A stretch of 62,566 nucleotides of DNA, the filler included. It is 6 parts of 6 records of this genome, joined end to end, with 100 filler letters (N's around TTAATTAATTAA, not from the genome) between each part and the next. Parts side by side here need not be neighbours in the genome. Positions count along the whole stretch, not along the records: positions 1 to 12,009 come from SRR20825019_432; positions 12,110 to 30,832 come from SRR20825019_434; 4 more parts are not named here. One strand, given 5' to 3'. The notes under the pieces were generated by a model. The model worked only from the letters and a program-made list of their open reading frames with translations. It was not told the origin of the DNA and searched no databases. A program made the position numbers and the translations under genes. Shown here one piece after another: positions 8,294 to 17,505 of the stretch. Each line of letters starts with the position of its first letter. The first letter of the stretch is position 1.

Positions 8294-10930
8294 GTGGAAA
8301 CGCCGCAATCACCTGCCTTACGATCCTATCATTCATGGATCGCCAATGAAACGCTGGAGGATTATTCGCTGCGCTATGCGGCGCGGTCCTTCCGGCGCTG
8401 GTCTCCGTTCGTCATCGCGAACACCGCGCTGGGCGGCATCTCGTTTCTGGCGCTGGAGGCCATCGGCGGAGCGATCACGCTGAGCTACGGCTTCGCCAAC
8501 GCGTTTCCCGCCGTACTCATCACCTGCCTGTTCGTCTTTGTCACGAACCTGCCCATTGCTTACTATTCGAGCCGCTACAACATCGACATGGATCTTCTCA
8601 CGCGCGGGGCGGGGTTCGGCTATATCGGCTCCACCATCACCTCGCTGATCTATGCGACCTTCACCTTCATCTTCTTCGCACTCGAGGGTGCGATCATGGC
8701 GCAGGCGCTGAAGCTTTTCGCGGATGTGCCGCTGGTGCTGGGCTACATCATTTCATCGCTCGTCATCATTCCCATCACCTTCATGGGCGTCACGATGATC
8801 AGCAAGTTGCAGATGGTCACTCAGCCCATCTGGATCGCCATGCTGCTTGCGCCCTTCATCTACATCGCGGTCGGGCATCCCGAAACGCTCGATCAGTGGA
8901 TGGCATTCGCTGGCAGCGAAACGTCTGATGGCGGTTTCGATGTGCTTGCCTTCGGTTCGGCCATCGGGGTTCTGTGCGCTCTTTCCATCCAGATCGGCGA
9001 GCAGGTGGATTATCTGCGCTTCCTGCCCGACAAGACGCGCGAAAACCGCTGGCGCTGGTGGGCGGCGGTCATCTCCGCCGGTCCCGGGTGGATCGTGGTT
9101 GGCGGTTTCAAGATCCTGTGCGGCAGCCTTCTGGCCGTGCTCGCGGTCTCTGCCGGCCTGTCGCCATCGACGGCGCTCGAGCCGATCCACATGTATATCA
9201 AGGCCTATGAATATGTGAGTGACGACCCCCGCACCGTGCTGGCCCTGGCAGCGGTTTTTGTCCTCATCTCGCAGGTCAAGATCAACGTGACGAATGCCTA
9301 TGCCGGCTCGCTCGCCTGGTCCAATTTCTTCTCGCGCGTCACGCATTATCACCCCGGCCGCGTGGTCTGGCTGATCTTCAACATCCTGATCTCTCTGCTT
9401 TTGATGCTGCTCGGCATCTTCCAGACGCTGGAGCTGGTGCTGGCGGTCTATTCGGTCATCGCCGCCGCGTGGATCGGCTCCATCTTCGCCGATCTCGCCA
9501 TCTTGAAGCCGATGGGCGTCAGCCCGCCTTTCACCGAGTTCAAGCGCGCCTATCTCTACGATTTCAATCCGGTGGGTTGCGGGTCGATGGCGTTTGCTTC
9601 CCTCTTCGCGCTCATCTGTTTCATGGGCGGATTCGGGGATCTGGCGGAAGCATATGCTGCTCCCATAGCTTTCTTTACCGCGCTTTCAGGCGCCGTTCTG
9701 ATCGGCGTGGCGACACGCGGTCGCTATTATCTCGCCCGCCCGCGCGTGCCGCTTGCCGAGCCCGACAAACCTGTGGTGCGCTGTGAAATCTGCGAGCTGG
9801 AATATGAGCGACCGGACATGGTGCATTGCACCTTTTATCAGCGCCCGATCTGCTCGCTTTGCTGCAGTCTCGATTCCCATTGCCATGATGTCTGCAAATC
9901 GTCCGGCACGGTTCTGGAGAACTCGCGTTCGCGTTATTTCGGCCGCGCCCTGCGCAGCAAGATCGCGCCACGCATGACGCAGCGGCTGCTCAAGGTGAGC
10001 GGCGTCCTTTTCTCGCTCGCCGTGATGACAGCCGCGGTATTCCTGCTCACCTACCGGCTGATAGAGCCCACTGCGCTTCAGCCGCATGTGGAAAGCGGTA
10101 CGCTTCTCCTGCGGGTGTTCCTTGCGCTTCTTCCGCTGCTTGCCATTGGCGCATGGTGGATCGTTCTCTCGCATGAAAGCCGGGAACTGGCAGAGCGCGA
10201 TCTCGTCACCTCGCTTGAAAAGCTGAGGCAGGCGCAGCAGGAACTCGCGTCAAACGAGCGTCTGGCGGCAATCGGCCAGATAACCGCCACGGTGAGCCAT
10301 GAGCTGCGCAATCCGCTGGGCACCATGGTCACCTCCACCGATATTCTGCGTCGCTCTCTCAAAAACGCCGATGAACCTGTGACGGGCGAGTTGCAGCGCC
10401 TGCAGCGCAATGCCTGGCGCTGTGTTCGCATCATCGAGGATCTTCTGGATTTCTCGCGCAAGCACGCTCCTGTCATGTCGCCCGTGGCCATCGACCGCTG
10501 GGTCAAGCAGCAGTTGAGCGAAGAGGACCAGGAGATCGCGCATCTCATCACGCTCAAGCTCGATGCCGGTTGCGATGTCCTTGCCGATGCCGAGCGTCTG
10601 CGGCAGGCCTTCTCCAATGTTCTGCAGAATGCGGCGCAGGCCTGTGAGGAGCGCGGGAAGCAAAGCGGTCAGATCATCATTTCCACACAACGTCTGCGCG
10701 ACCGGGTTTACCTTTCGGTCTCCGACAATGGCGGCGGCATGTCTCAGGATGTGGCAGACCGCGTGTTCGAACCGCTCTTCAGCACCAAGGCGTTCGGTGT
10801 CGGGCTTGGCATGCCGCTCGTCAAGCGCATCATGGAGCAGCATGGCGGCGATGTGCTCATCGAGAGCCAGAAGGGTATCGGCACCACCGTGTCGCTCGTT
10901 CTGCCATGCGCGGGAAAGCGTGAGCCATGA
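8294..10930 (+). CDS. Sensor histidine kinase fused to an N-terminal NCS1/purine-cytosine-permease-like membrane domain and a Cys-rich linker
   Basis: WIANETLEDYSLRY start, about 12 TM, SQVKINVTNAYAGSLAWSN, Cys cluster, then VSHELRNPL, NVLQNA, DNGGGM, FSTK and GLG boxes. Confidence 0.9.
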   Translation: METPQSPALRSYHSWIANETLEDYSLRYAARSFRRWSPFVIANTALGGISFLALEAIGGAITLSYGFANAFPAVLITCLFVFVTNLPIAYYSSRYNIDMDLLTRGAGFGYIGSTITSLIYATFTFIFFALEGAIMAQALKLFADVPLVLGYIISSLVIIPITFMGVTMISKLQMVTQPIWIAMLLAPFIYIAVGHPETLDQWMAFAGSETSDGGFDVLAFGSAIGVLCALSIQIGEQVDYLRFLPDKTRENRWRWWAAVISAGPGWIVVGGFKILCGSLLAVLAVSAGLSPSTALEPIHMYIKAYEYVSDDPRTVLALAAVFVLISQVKINVTNAYAGSLAWSNFFSRVTHYHPGRVVWLIFNILISLLLMLLGIFQTLELVLAVYSVIAAAWIGSIFADLAILKPMGVSPPFTEFKRAYLYDFNPVGCGSMAFASLFALICFMGGFGDLAEAYAAPIAFFTALSGAVLIGVATRGRYYLARPRVPLAEPDKPVVRCEICELEYERPDMVHCTFYQRPICSLCCSLDSHCHDVCKSSGTVLENSRSRYFGRALRSKIAPRMTQRLLKVSGVLFSLAVMTAAVFLLTYRLIEPTALQPHVESGTLLLRVFLALLPLLAIGAWWIVLSHESRELAERDLVTSLEKLRQAQQELASNERLAAIGQITATVSHELRNPLGTMVTSTDILRRSLKNADEPVTGELQRLQRNAWRCVRIIEDLLDFSRKHAPVMSPVAIDRWVKQQLSEEDQEIAHLITLKLDAGCDVLADAERLRQAFSNVLQNAAQACEERGKQSGQIIISTQRLRDRVYLSVSDNGGGMSQDVADRVFEPLFSTKAFGVGLGMPLVKRIMEQHGGDVLIESQKGIGTTVSLVLPCAGKREP

Positions 10931-12009
10931 CCGATCGCGAAATCGATCTTCCCGCAGAGGTCATTGGAGAACATCCGCTGCGCGAGACCACGCCGGCGGA
11001 AGATCAGGGCGTTCTGATCGTTGACGATGACGAGGATTTTGCCGCAAGCCTTTCGGGTCTTTTGAAGATCGAGGGGTTCAGGGTCGCGGTCGCGCATGAT
11101 CCCCAGGCAGCGCTTGCCGTTCTTGAGGAGGCGCGAATGGCAGTCGCCCTGGTCGATGTGCGGCTTGGCACGGGCAATGGTGTCGATCTCGTGCGCCAGA
11201 TTCGCCAGCGCGATCCCGATGTGGTGTGTGTAATGGTCACCGCCTACGCCTCCATAGACACCGCCGTCGAGGCGCTCCAGGCCGGCGCCTACGATTACCT
11301 CTGCAAACCGTTTCACAGCGAGGACCTGCTGGCGACGCTAGCCCGATGTTTCGAGCGGATCCGGCTTCTGGAGGAAAAGCGGCTGACTGCCGAGCGGTTG
11401 GGGCAGAAGCAACGCATGGAGGCCATGGGACAGCTCACCAGCGGCATCGCGCATGATTTCAACAACATCCTCGCCGTGCTTCTAAGCAATCTGCGCTGGC
11501 TCGAAGAGCGCCTGTCGGATCAGCCTGAACTGGCGGAGATCGTGGCGGATGCGCTGGACGCTACACAATCAGGTTCGGATCTGACGGATCGGCTTCTCCA
11601 GTTCGGGCGTCAGAATGCGAAGGATGTAGCCGCAATTCAGCTTGGTGAAGCCCTGCCTCCGTTGATGCGCATGCTCGGACGCACGCTTGGAGAGACGGTT
11701 ACGATCTCGCTCAAGGTCGCCGATGGGCTGAATAGCGTGCTCATTCCTGCCGGCCAACTGGAACCCAGCCTGCTCAACCTCGCGCTGAATGCGCGTGATG
11801 CCATGCCCGGTGGTGGAAATCTGCATTTTGAAGCGTCGAATGTCATTGTCCGTCCGGAGGATGCGCGCGTTGCCTCCGGTCTCCTGCCGGGCCGCTACGT
11901 GCTCCTGTCGGTGCGCGACACGGGCCACGGCATGCCGGTGGCGGTGCGCCGTCGTGCTCTTCAACCCATGTTCACAACCAAGCCGCCAGGGCAGGGCAGC
12001 GGGCTTGGC
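10927..12009 (+). CDS. Hybrid REC-HisKA-HATPase protein, truncated at contig end
   Basis: VLIVDDD, LVDVRL, YDYLCKP receiver; IAHDFNN, NARDAM, DTGHGM, FTTK; ATGA overlap with upstream kinase. Confidence 0.9.
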
Positions 12010-12109
12010 NNNNNNNNNNNNNNNNNNNNNNNNNNNNNNNNNNNNNNNNNNNNTTAATTAATTAANNNNNNNNNNNNNNNNNNNNNNNNNNNNNNNNNNN
12101 NNNNNNNNN
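12010..12109. other. Artificial contig spacer
   Basis: N44-TTAATTAATTAA-N44, stops in all six frames. Confidence 0.99.
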
Positions 12110-12655
12110 GGCATCCCGCGTCAGCCATCGCTCGAATTCCCGAATTGTCGGAAAACTGTCCCCGGCTGCTTTAACCTGGGCGATGCGCGCGGATGGCAGC
12201 ATCGGAAAGGTGACAACCGAGATCTCCCAAAGATCTGCTTCCAGCACCCGGCGCACACCGGATTTTGGATCATTTTTGGCGCGCACAGTCTGGAAGCCGA
12301 TTGAAAGGCCGTCCAGCGCACCGGATTTCATCAGTGCATGCACCTCGCGGGCACGGGCAACATCTTCAGACAGAACACCTTCGACATAAAGTCCACGAGC
12401 ATCTTCCCGGATCTTGGTCCAGGTACCGATCGGCTCGCAGGGATCATGCTGAAACAACATACGCACGCCCTTGGCTCCGCGCGTTTTCAGAGATTTGGAA
12501 AACGCACCGCGCTCGATCAGGTCCTTGCCCAGATCGACCTCGCCAAACAGGCTGGCATAGCCGGAAAAGCTGCCGTCTCCGGCAATCTCGGTCAAAGCCA
12601 GATCGGCATATTTTTTCTCCGCAGGTGGCATACTGCATCGATCACCATATTTCAT
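12110..12655 (-). CDS. HK97-family prohead protease (GTA-like), 3' end cut by contig edge
   Basis: FSGYASLFG, MLFQHD, DGLSIGF, LWEISVVTFPML; AGGAG RBS before ATG 12655. Confidence 0.93.
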
Positions 12656-12701
12656 GGTCACTCCTGTCATCGTTGGGAATTTTGTCCCGTAAGGGCTGCG
12701 A

Positions 12702-13859
12702 TCAGTAGCCAACGGCTTCGCGCTTTTCGTCGTCTGACAGGAAACCGGCCGACGAGACCCGGCTCCACAGTGCGTCGCGTTCACCTGAAAGCGCGCTCAC
12801 CTGATCAAGATCGGGTTTCAGTACCAACCCTTCGCCATAAAGCGTTGCCGCCCATGTCGTCAGTGAGGCAGAAGTTCGCGCAATCAGCGGCAAAACCGTC
12901 AACCGGTAGAAGGCGCGATTGGCCTCCTGATAATTGGAATAGGTATTGTCACCGGGGATACCCAGCATCATTGGCGGCACGCCGATGGCCAGTGCAATAT
13001 CGCGGGCGGCACCGTTACGTGCTTCGGTAAAATCCATTTCTCGCGGGGAAAGCCCCATCGATTTCCAGTCCAGACCACCTTCCAGCAACAACGGCCGGCC
13101 CGCCCGCACCGGGCCGGTATAACCCTCTTCCAGCTCCTGTTTCAGCCGTTCATACTGTTCTTCCGTCAGGTTGCCGCCATCTTGCGGCTGGTAAATCAAC
13201 GCACCCGATGGTCGGGCGGAATTGTCCAGAAGCGCCTTGTTCCAGACCGACGCGGAATTGTGCAGGTCAAGCGCCATCTGTGCGGCCGTGAGCGGCGAAA
13301 AACCCAGGTGGTCGTCAAGCGGGTGAAACAGCCGTAAATGTAACAGCGAAAGGTCGTCGCTCTCGGCGGCAAAACGGACCACATGCGTTCCCACCCGGTA
13401 TTCATAAGCCTCCGACCAGCCATCGCGACCTTCCATCACACGCACGCGGTCGGGCCTTAAAAGATGCATCTCGCGCAGATTTTCACCCAGAATGACCGGC
13501 TCGATATAGGCATTGCCGGAAAGCAGAAGATGGCCGAAAAGGCTCTCCAGAAAATCCGTTCCGCTCATCCGGCCGTTCGGGCGTTTTAAAAGCGTCAGCA
13601 GCGGATGCTCGTATACGGCTGCATCATTGTCATAAAGCAGCCAGGGAATACTGGCAGCCGCTTCCGCAATCAGGCGCACGGCCCGGTGAGCAACCGGATT
13701 GCGCATGAACCCCTCGCGCGCCAAGGCACCATAGGAACGCCCGCTCCAGCGCACCTCTCCGGCTCCCGCCAGAGCCGAAACCAGGCCCGCGGCCTTTTTT
13801 ACAGGCGCACGCAAGGGTTCTGCCGGGCGCCGCCACGGCAGTTGAAACGGCATTTTCAT
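12702..13859 (-). CDS. HK97-family portal protein (GTA g3-like)
   Basis: REGFMRNPVA, LLSGNAY, WNKALLDNSARPSGAL, LLEGGLDWKSMGLSP, NTYSNYQEANRAF, DDEKREAVGY. Confidence 0.94.
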   Translation of the reverse strand: MKMPFQLPWRRPAEPLRAPVKKAAGLVSALAGAGEVRWSGRSYGALAREGFMRNPVAHRAVRLIAEAAASIPWLLYDNDAAVYEHPLLTLLKRPNGRMSGTDFLESLFGHLLLSGNAYIEPVILGENLREMHLLRPDRVRVMEGRDGWSEAYEYRVGTHVVRFAAESDDLSLLHLRLFHPLDDHLGFSPLTAAQMALDLHNSASVWNKALLDNSARPSGALIYQPQDGGNLTEEQYERLKQELEEGYTGPVRAGRPLLLEGGLDWKSMGLSPREMDFTEARNGAARDIALAIGVPPMMLGIPGDNTYSNYQEANRAFYRLTVLPLIARTSASLTTWAATLYGEGLVLKPDLDQVSALSGERDALWSRVSSAGFLSDDEKREAVGY

Positions 13860-13887
13860 GCTCCACCTCATGTTTGGTATCGACAAT

Positions 13888-13911
13888 AAAAAAGCCCCGG
13901 AGAACCGGGGC
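13888..13911 (-). terminator. Rho-independent terminator directly upstream of the portal gene
   Basis: Minus strand GCCCCGG-TTCT-CCGGGGC-TTTTTT. Confidence 0.8.
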
Positions 13912-13944
13912 CGTTCAATCGATCTTTTGTTGTTGAATGCGCTG

Positions 13945-14253
13945 TTAAAGCCGCGTTTTGACAGCCTTTGCACTGTCGAAATCAGCGGCGATGCGCATTT
14001 CCCTCAAAGGCCGGACCTCGGCAGTAGATTTCTGATAGATCGGGTGGGCGCGATAGGCTTCCAGCGCCGCATCATCCTCAAACTCACCGTACACGACGAA
14101 ATCGACCTTCTGATTATAAAGATCCGTACGCGTATTTCGGCCAATTTCCAGAAGACTGGCATGCGGATTTTCTGTCAGCATTGACAGTCCGCGTTCAATC
14201 GCATCGGCATCACCACCCTCTGGCACGGAAAAGAACACGATATGACGAATCAT
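13945..14253 (-). CDS. Dabb-family (stress-responsive A/B barrel) protein
   Basis: MIRHIVFF, VVYGEFED, YRAHPIY, RIAADF. Confidence 0.88.
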   Translation of the reverse strand: MIRHIVFFSVPEGGDADAIERGLSMLTENPHASLLEIGRNTRTDLYNQKVDFVVYGEFEDDAALEAYRAHPIYQKSTAEVRPLREMRIAADFDSAKAVKTRL

Positions 14254-14321
14254 AAAAACCTCATGCGAGTGAACCTGTTCATTGCGGTTTTCCGCTATCA
14301 TGGGCCTCTTATCAGGGCAAG

Positions 14322-15566
14322 TTAAACACCACGTACGCGCGGCATACCCGTTTCTTCCAGAAGCAATGCTGTCAGTGCCCAGACCAGGGCATCGAGCCGG
14401 TCGGGCGAGCGTCCCGCAGACAGTCCATCCGGGCCGAAATCACACATCTGGTCAACCAGTTTGGCAAAATGCCCGGCATGGCGAACCCGCCCCTGTTCGT
14501 AAAGCGCGGCCACCGGTTCGGCTCGCAAAAACTTACCGCGCTTGGCCCGCACAGTGGTGACAGGAAGCCGTTCATCAACGCTCCTCAGCATCGCCGTAAC
14601 CATGTCGCCACCCTGATTGATCTCAGCCACAACACGATCAGCATCGAACCGGCGGAATGCCTCCACCACAGCGCGCGCCCATTGCGCCGGGCTGCCCCCT
14701 TCAATCGAGCAGTCATCCAGAACCAGCGCCCCGCCGTTTTCCATCGCACCCGCCACAACAATTCCGCAAACGGAATTCCGGCCGGAACCGGCAGGCGGAT
14801 CAACCGCCACCACGATACGGCCGGTCACCATGGCCCGCCGCGCCAGCAGCGTTTCCAAATCAGCGCGGCGCCATAAACCGTCTTCACGGTCCTCAATCAG
14901 TTCGCCGCCCAGTTCCTGGCGGCCAAGTCGCGTACCACCGTACCGGCGGCTGAGTGCCTTGATGAAGCCCGGCGCCAGATTGGCGTGGTTGTCGGCCGTT
15001 GCGATACGGGTCAGCACCGTGTCATCAGCCGCGATGATGGTCTTTAAAAGTGGCACCGCGCGCGGCGTGGTTGTGATCATCTGGCGCGGCTTTTCACCCA
15101 GACGCAGGCCGAACTGGAGCATATCCCAGCATTCGGCAGCATAACGCCATTTCGCCAGTTCATCGCACCACGCAAAGTGAAACTGCGGCCCGCGCAACGC
15201 CTCGGGATCCTCGGAAGAATAGATATAGGCCATCGTCCCGTTCGGCCAGACGAGTCGGCGTCGCGAGATTTCGAAATCCGGCTTCATGTATCGCGCCGTC
15301 CGGCAAATCCCGGAAACGCCGTCAATCATCACTTCACGGGCATCACCCAGCGTTTCGGCCACCAGCGCAATGCGCAAGTCGCTGCGCGAACCGGCAGAAA
15401 CGGCCAGATCATGGACCCATTCCGATCCGGCTCTCGTCTTGCCGGAACCACGCCCTCCCATCAGAAGCCAGCTGCGCCAGTCACCCGCTGGTGGCAACTG
15501 CTCGGGCCGGGCCAGAAAAGCCCAGTCCTTCGCCAGAAGCCGGGCATAGGCAAACGGCTCCGGCAT
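14322..15566 (-). CDS. Terminase large subunit (GTA g2-like)
   Basis: ARPEQLPP, Walker A GGRGSGKT, RGPQFHFAWCDELAKW, TTTPR, VAVDPP, SPDRLDALVWA. Confidence 0.94.
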   Translation of the reverse strand: MPEPFAYARLLAKDWAFLARPEQLPPAGDWRSWLLMGGRGSGKTRAGSEWVHDLAVSAGSRSDLRIALVAETLGDAREVMIDGVSGICRTARYMKPDFEISRRRLVWPNGTMAYIYSSEDPEALRGPQFHFAWCDELAKWRYAAECWDMLQFGLRLGEKPRQMITTTPRAVPLLKTIIAADDTVLTRIATADNHANLAPGFIKALSRRYGGTRLGRQELGGELIEDREDGLWRRADLETLLARRAMVTGRIVVAVDPPAGSGRNSVCGIVVAGAMENGGALVLDDCSIEGGSPAQWARAVVEAFRRFDADRVVAEINQGGDMVTAMLRSVDERLPVTTVRAKRGKFLRAEPVAALYEQGRVRHAGHFAKLVDQMCDFGPDGLSAGRSPDRLDALVWALTALLLEETGMPRVRGV

Positions 15567-15573
15567 TGCGGCA

Positions 15574-16074
15574 TCAGACGGACGCAATGTCGTGCGATGC
15601 CCGTTTCCGCGCCAGTTCCTCGGCCCGCTTTTCGATGAGGTCGAGGAAATGGGCCTTGGCATCGGCATAATCCTTGCTGTCGAATTGTTGGTCATCCGCG
15701 CTCTGGCGTGCTGCGGCCAGCCGACGCTGCAACTCGTCGGCCTTTTCCAGCGTGCGTATAATCAGCGCCATCGCATCTGCCGCCGCCTTCACATCCGCCC
15801 GCAGATCGCTTGCAGTATCATCGGCGGCAGCCTTGCTCTTGCGATCCGCCGCAAGCCGCAATCGTCTGAAAAATGAAAACTGTGCCCGCATTTCAACGGT
15901 CAGATCATTCAGCAGCAGCCGCAAACGATCATCGGCATCGGCACGTTTCGCCTTGGGTTCGATCTCATGATAGCCGGTTTCCATTGGATAAGCGCCGAAA
16001 CCACCATCATAGTAAGGGCTGCGCGGCCAAAGACCAAAGAGCGACAGGTGCCCGCCGATATCATCTTTTGCCAT
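15574..16074 (-). CDS. Putative small terminase (GTA g1 position), helical protein
   Basis: First gene of the cluster, ends 7 bp before the large terminase start; helical ADVKAAADAMALIIRTLEKADELQRRL; GAGGT RBS. Confidence 0.6.
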   Translation of the reverse strand: MAKDDIGGHLSLFGLWPRSPYYDGGFGAYPMETGYHEIEPKAKRADADDRLRLLLNDLTVEMRAQFSFFRRLRLAADRKSKAAADDTASDLRADVKAAADAMALIIRTLEKADELQRRLAAARQSADDQQFDSKDYADAKAHFLDLIEKRAEELARKRASHDIASV

Positions 16075-16113
16075 TTTCAAATACCTCTCATGGCCGGATT
16101 GGATCGCGAGACG

Positions 16114-16138
16114 AAAAAGCCCGGCACAAAGGCCGGGC
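16114..16138 (-). terminator. Rho-independent terminator in the leader of the GTA cluster
   Basis: Minus strand GCCCGGC-CTTTGT-GCCGGGC-TTTTT, 40 bp before the first GTA gene. Confidence 0.8.
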
Positions 16139-16234
16139 TCATCAAAAAATTCCGTTCGGAGCAATAGCTGCATCTTCAGATCTCTGATCTGACTGGGCCA
16201 CCGACCCTGGCTGCAATTCTCCGACTGTATGGAG

Positions 16235-16277
16235 AAGATAGCAAAGCACCGTTACGCCGTCAAGGACTATTTTCCTA
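16235..16277 (-). promoter_or_regulatory. Sigma70-like GTA promoter with overlapping palindromic operator
   Basis: Minus strand TTGACG(16263-16258)-N17-TATCTT(16240-16235); TAGGAA-AATA-GTCCTT (16277-16262) overlaps the -35. Confidence 0.65.
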
Positions 16278-16292
16278 TTTTTTGTTTTTCTT

Positions 16293-16637
16293 TTATTTAC
16301 CGGTCAGTTGCTCAAAGGCTTCCATGGCATGTGCGGCATACATCACCGAAGGGCCGCCCCCCATATAGATAGCCGTTCCCAGCACGTCCTCGAACTCTTC
16401 TCGCGTCACGCCCATCTTTACCAGCGCACGCGTGTGGAAGGCGATGCAGGGCTCGCAACGAATTGCAATGCCAATACCAAGCGCCACATATTCCTTCGTT
16501 TTCGAGTCCAGTGTACCGGGTTTGTCGGCAGCACCGGCCATGGCATAGAATCCCGCCATGGTTTCGGGAATATCCGTCTTCAAAACAGCCGTCTGTTTCG
16601 TAATATCGGCCATCATGGCCTTGTAGTCGGTCGCCAT
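16293..16637 (-). CDS. Carboxymuconolactone decarboxylase / AhpD-like protein
   Basis: LDSKTKEYVALGIGIAIRCEPCIAFH (CxxC), MGGGPS. Confidence 0.9.
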   Translation of the reverse strand: MATDYKAMMADITKQTAVLKTDIPETMAGFYAMAGAADKPGTLDSKTKEYVALGIGIAIRCEPCIAFHTRALVKMGVTREEFEDVLGTAIYMGGGPSVMYAAHAMEAFEQLTGK

Positions 16638-16788
16638 CTCATCACCTCTAATATTCGTACCTACGATAATTAATAAATACAAAAGCCGATCTGGCAAGGC
16701 CTTGCGCCATGTCAATTCCATTCAGAAAAAGACAGCGCCTGTATTCCCGCCTGGAAGCCAGAGAAAGGAGAGTAGCAGCTGATTATTT

Positions 16789-17259
16789 CTAACCGGCCTT
16801 CATCGGCCAGTCGACAACGAAATTTTCGTAGTCCTCAAGTGGCATACCTTCTTCACTCACCGTACGGTCACGAGCGGAGATACCGGCCTGATGGACCGTT
16901 TCGCGATCACCGGACACAAGATAGTGCCACCAGTAAAGGTCGCGGCCTTCGTGGATCAACCGGTATGCACAGGTCGGTGGCAGCCACGGTATGTTTTTGA
17001 CGCCCTCGACATCCAGTTGAATACATTCCGGAACCGTGTCCCAACGGCTTTCGTAATCGGAACACTGGCACGAGTGACCATCCAGAAGCCGACAGGCAAC
17101 CGAGGTAAAGACAACCTCGCCGGTGTCCCAGTCTTCCAGCTTGTTCAGACAGCAAAGACCGCACCCGTCACAAAGGCTCTCCCATTCGCCAGGTGTCATT
17201 TGATCAAGCGATTTGCGCTGCCAGAAAGGCGCGGAACTGTCAGAAGAACCGGACATCAT
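16789..17259 (-). CDS. YcgN (UPF0260) cysteine-cluster protein
   Basis: [29 protein letters not shown]. Confidence 0.93.
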   Translation of the reverse strand: MMSGSSDSSAPFWQRKSLDQMTPGEWESLCDGCGLCCLNKLEDWDTGEVVFTSVACRLLDGHSCQCSDYESRWDTVPECIQLDVEGVKNIPWLPPTCAYRLIHEGRDLYWWHYLVSGDRETVHQAGISARDRTVSEEGMPLEDYENFVVDWPMKAG

Positions 17260-17505
17260 CAACCACTTCCGTTTTCAAGACGGCCCTTATGCGCCTGTGT
17301 GTTTCCGGGTTCAAGCCCGTAGCCGGAAAAGATCACACGTAAACGTAAGCCATAACTGTCTTGAACGAAGGTCGTATCACTATCGGTTAATTGCGACAAT
17401 TTGGCCCACTGATAGCATTCAGGTGCGTTTTTGGGAGAAAACGCAGCCGCGCCTTTGAGGAGAGGCGCCTTTCAGAAATTAGAGGACTTGGGAGGAGTCT
17501 GTTCA

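Larger units (their letters stand above)
12110..16277 (-). mobile_element. 5' end of an RcGTA-like gene transfer agent structural cluster
   Basis: Order small terminase, large terminase, portal, protease; no integrase or replication genes at this end; flanked by housekeeping genes; gafYZ-like genes on the same contig. Confidence 0.82.

Noticed and set aside
15574-15695. Programmed frameshift fusing small and large terminase
   Set aside because: The frames overlap, but I saw no convincing slippery site and a suitable ATG exists at 15566
12110-16074. Intact prophage
   Set aside because: No integrase, att site, repressor or replication genes at the visible end; motifs and context fit a GTA better, although the distal part is unseen
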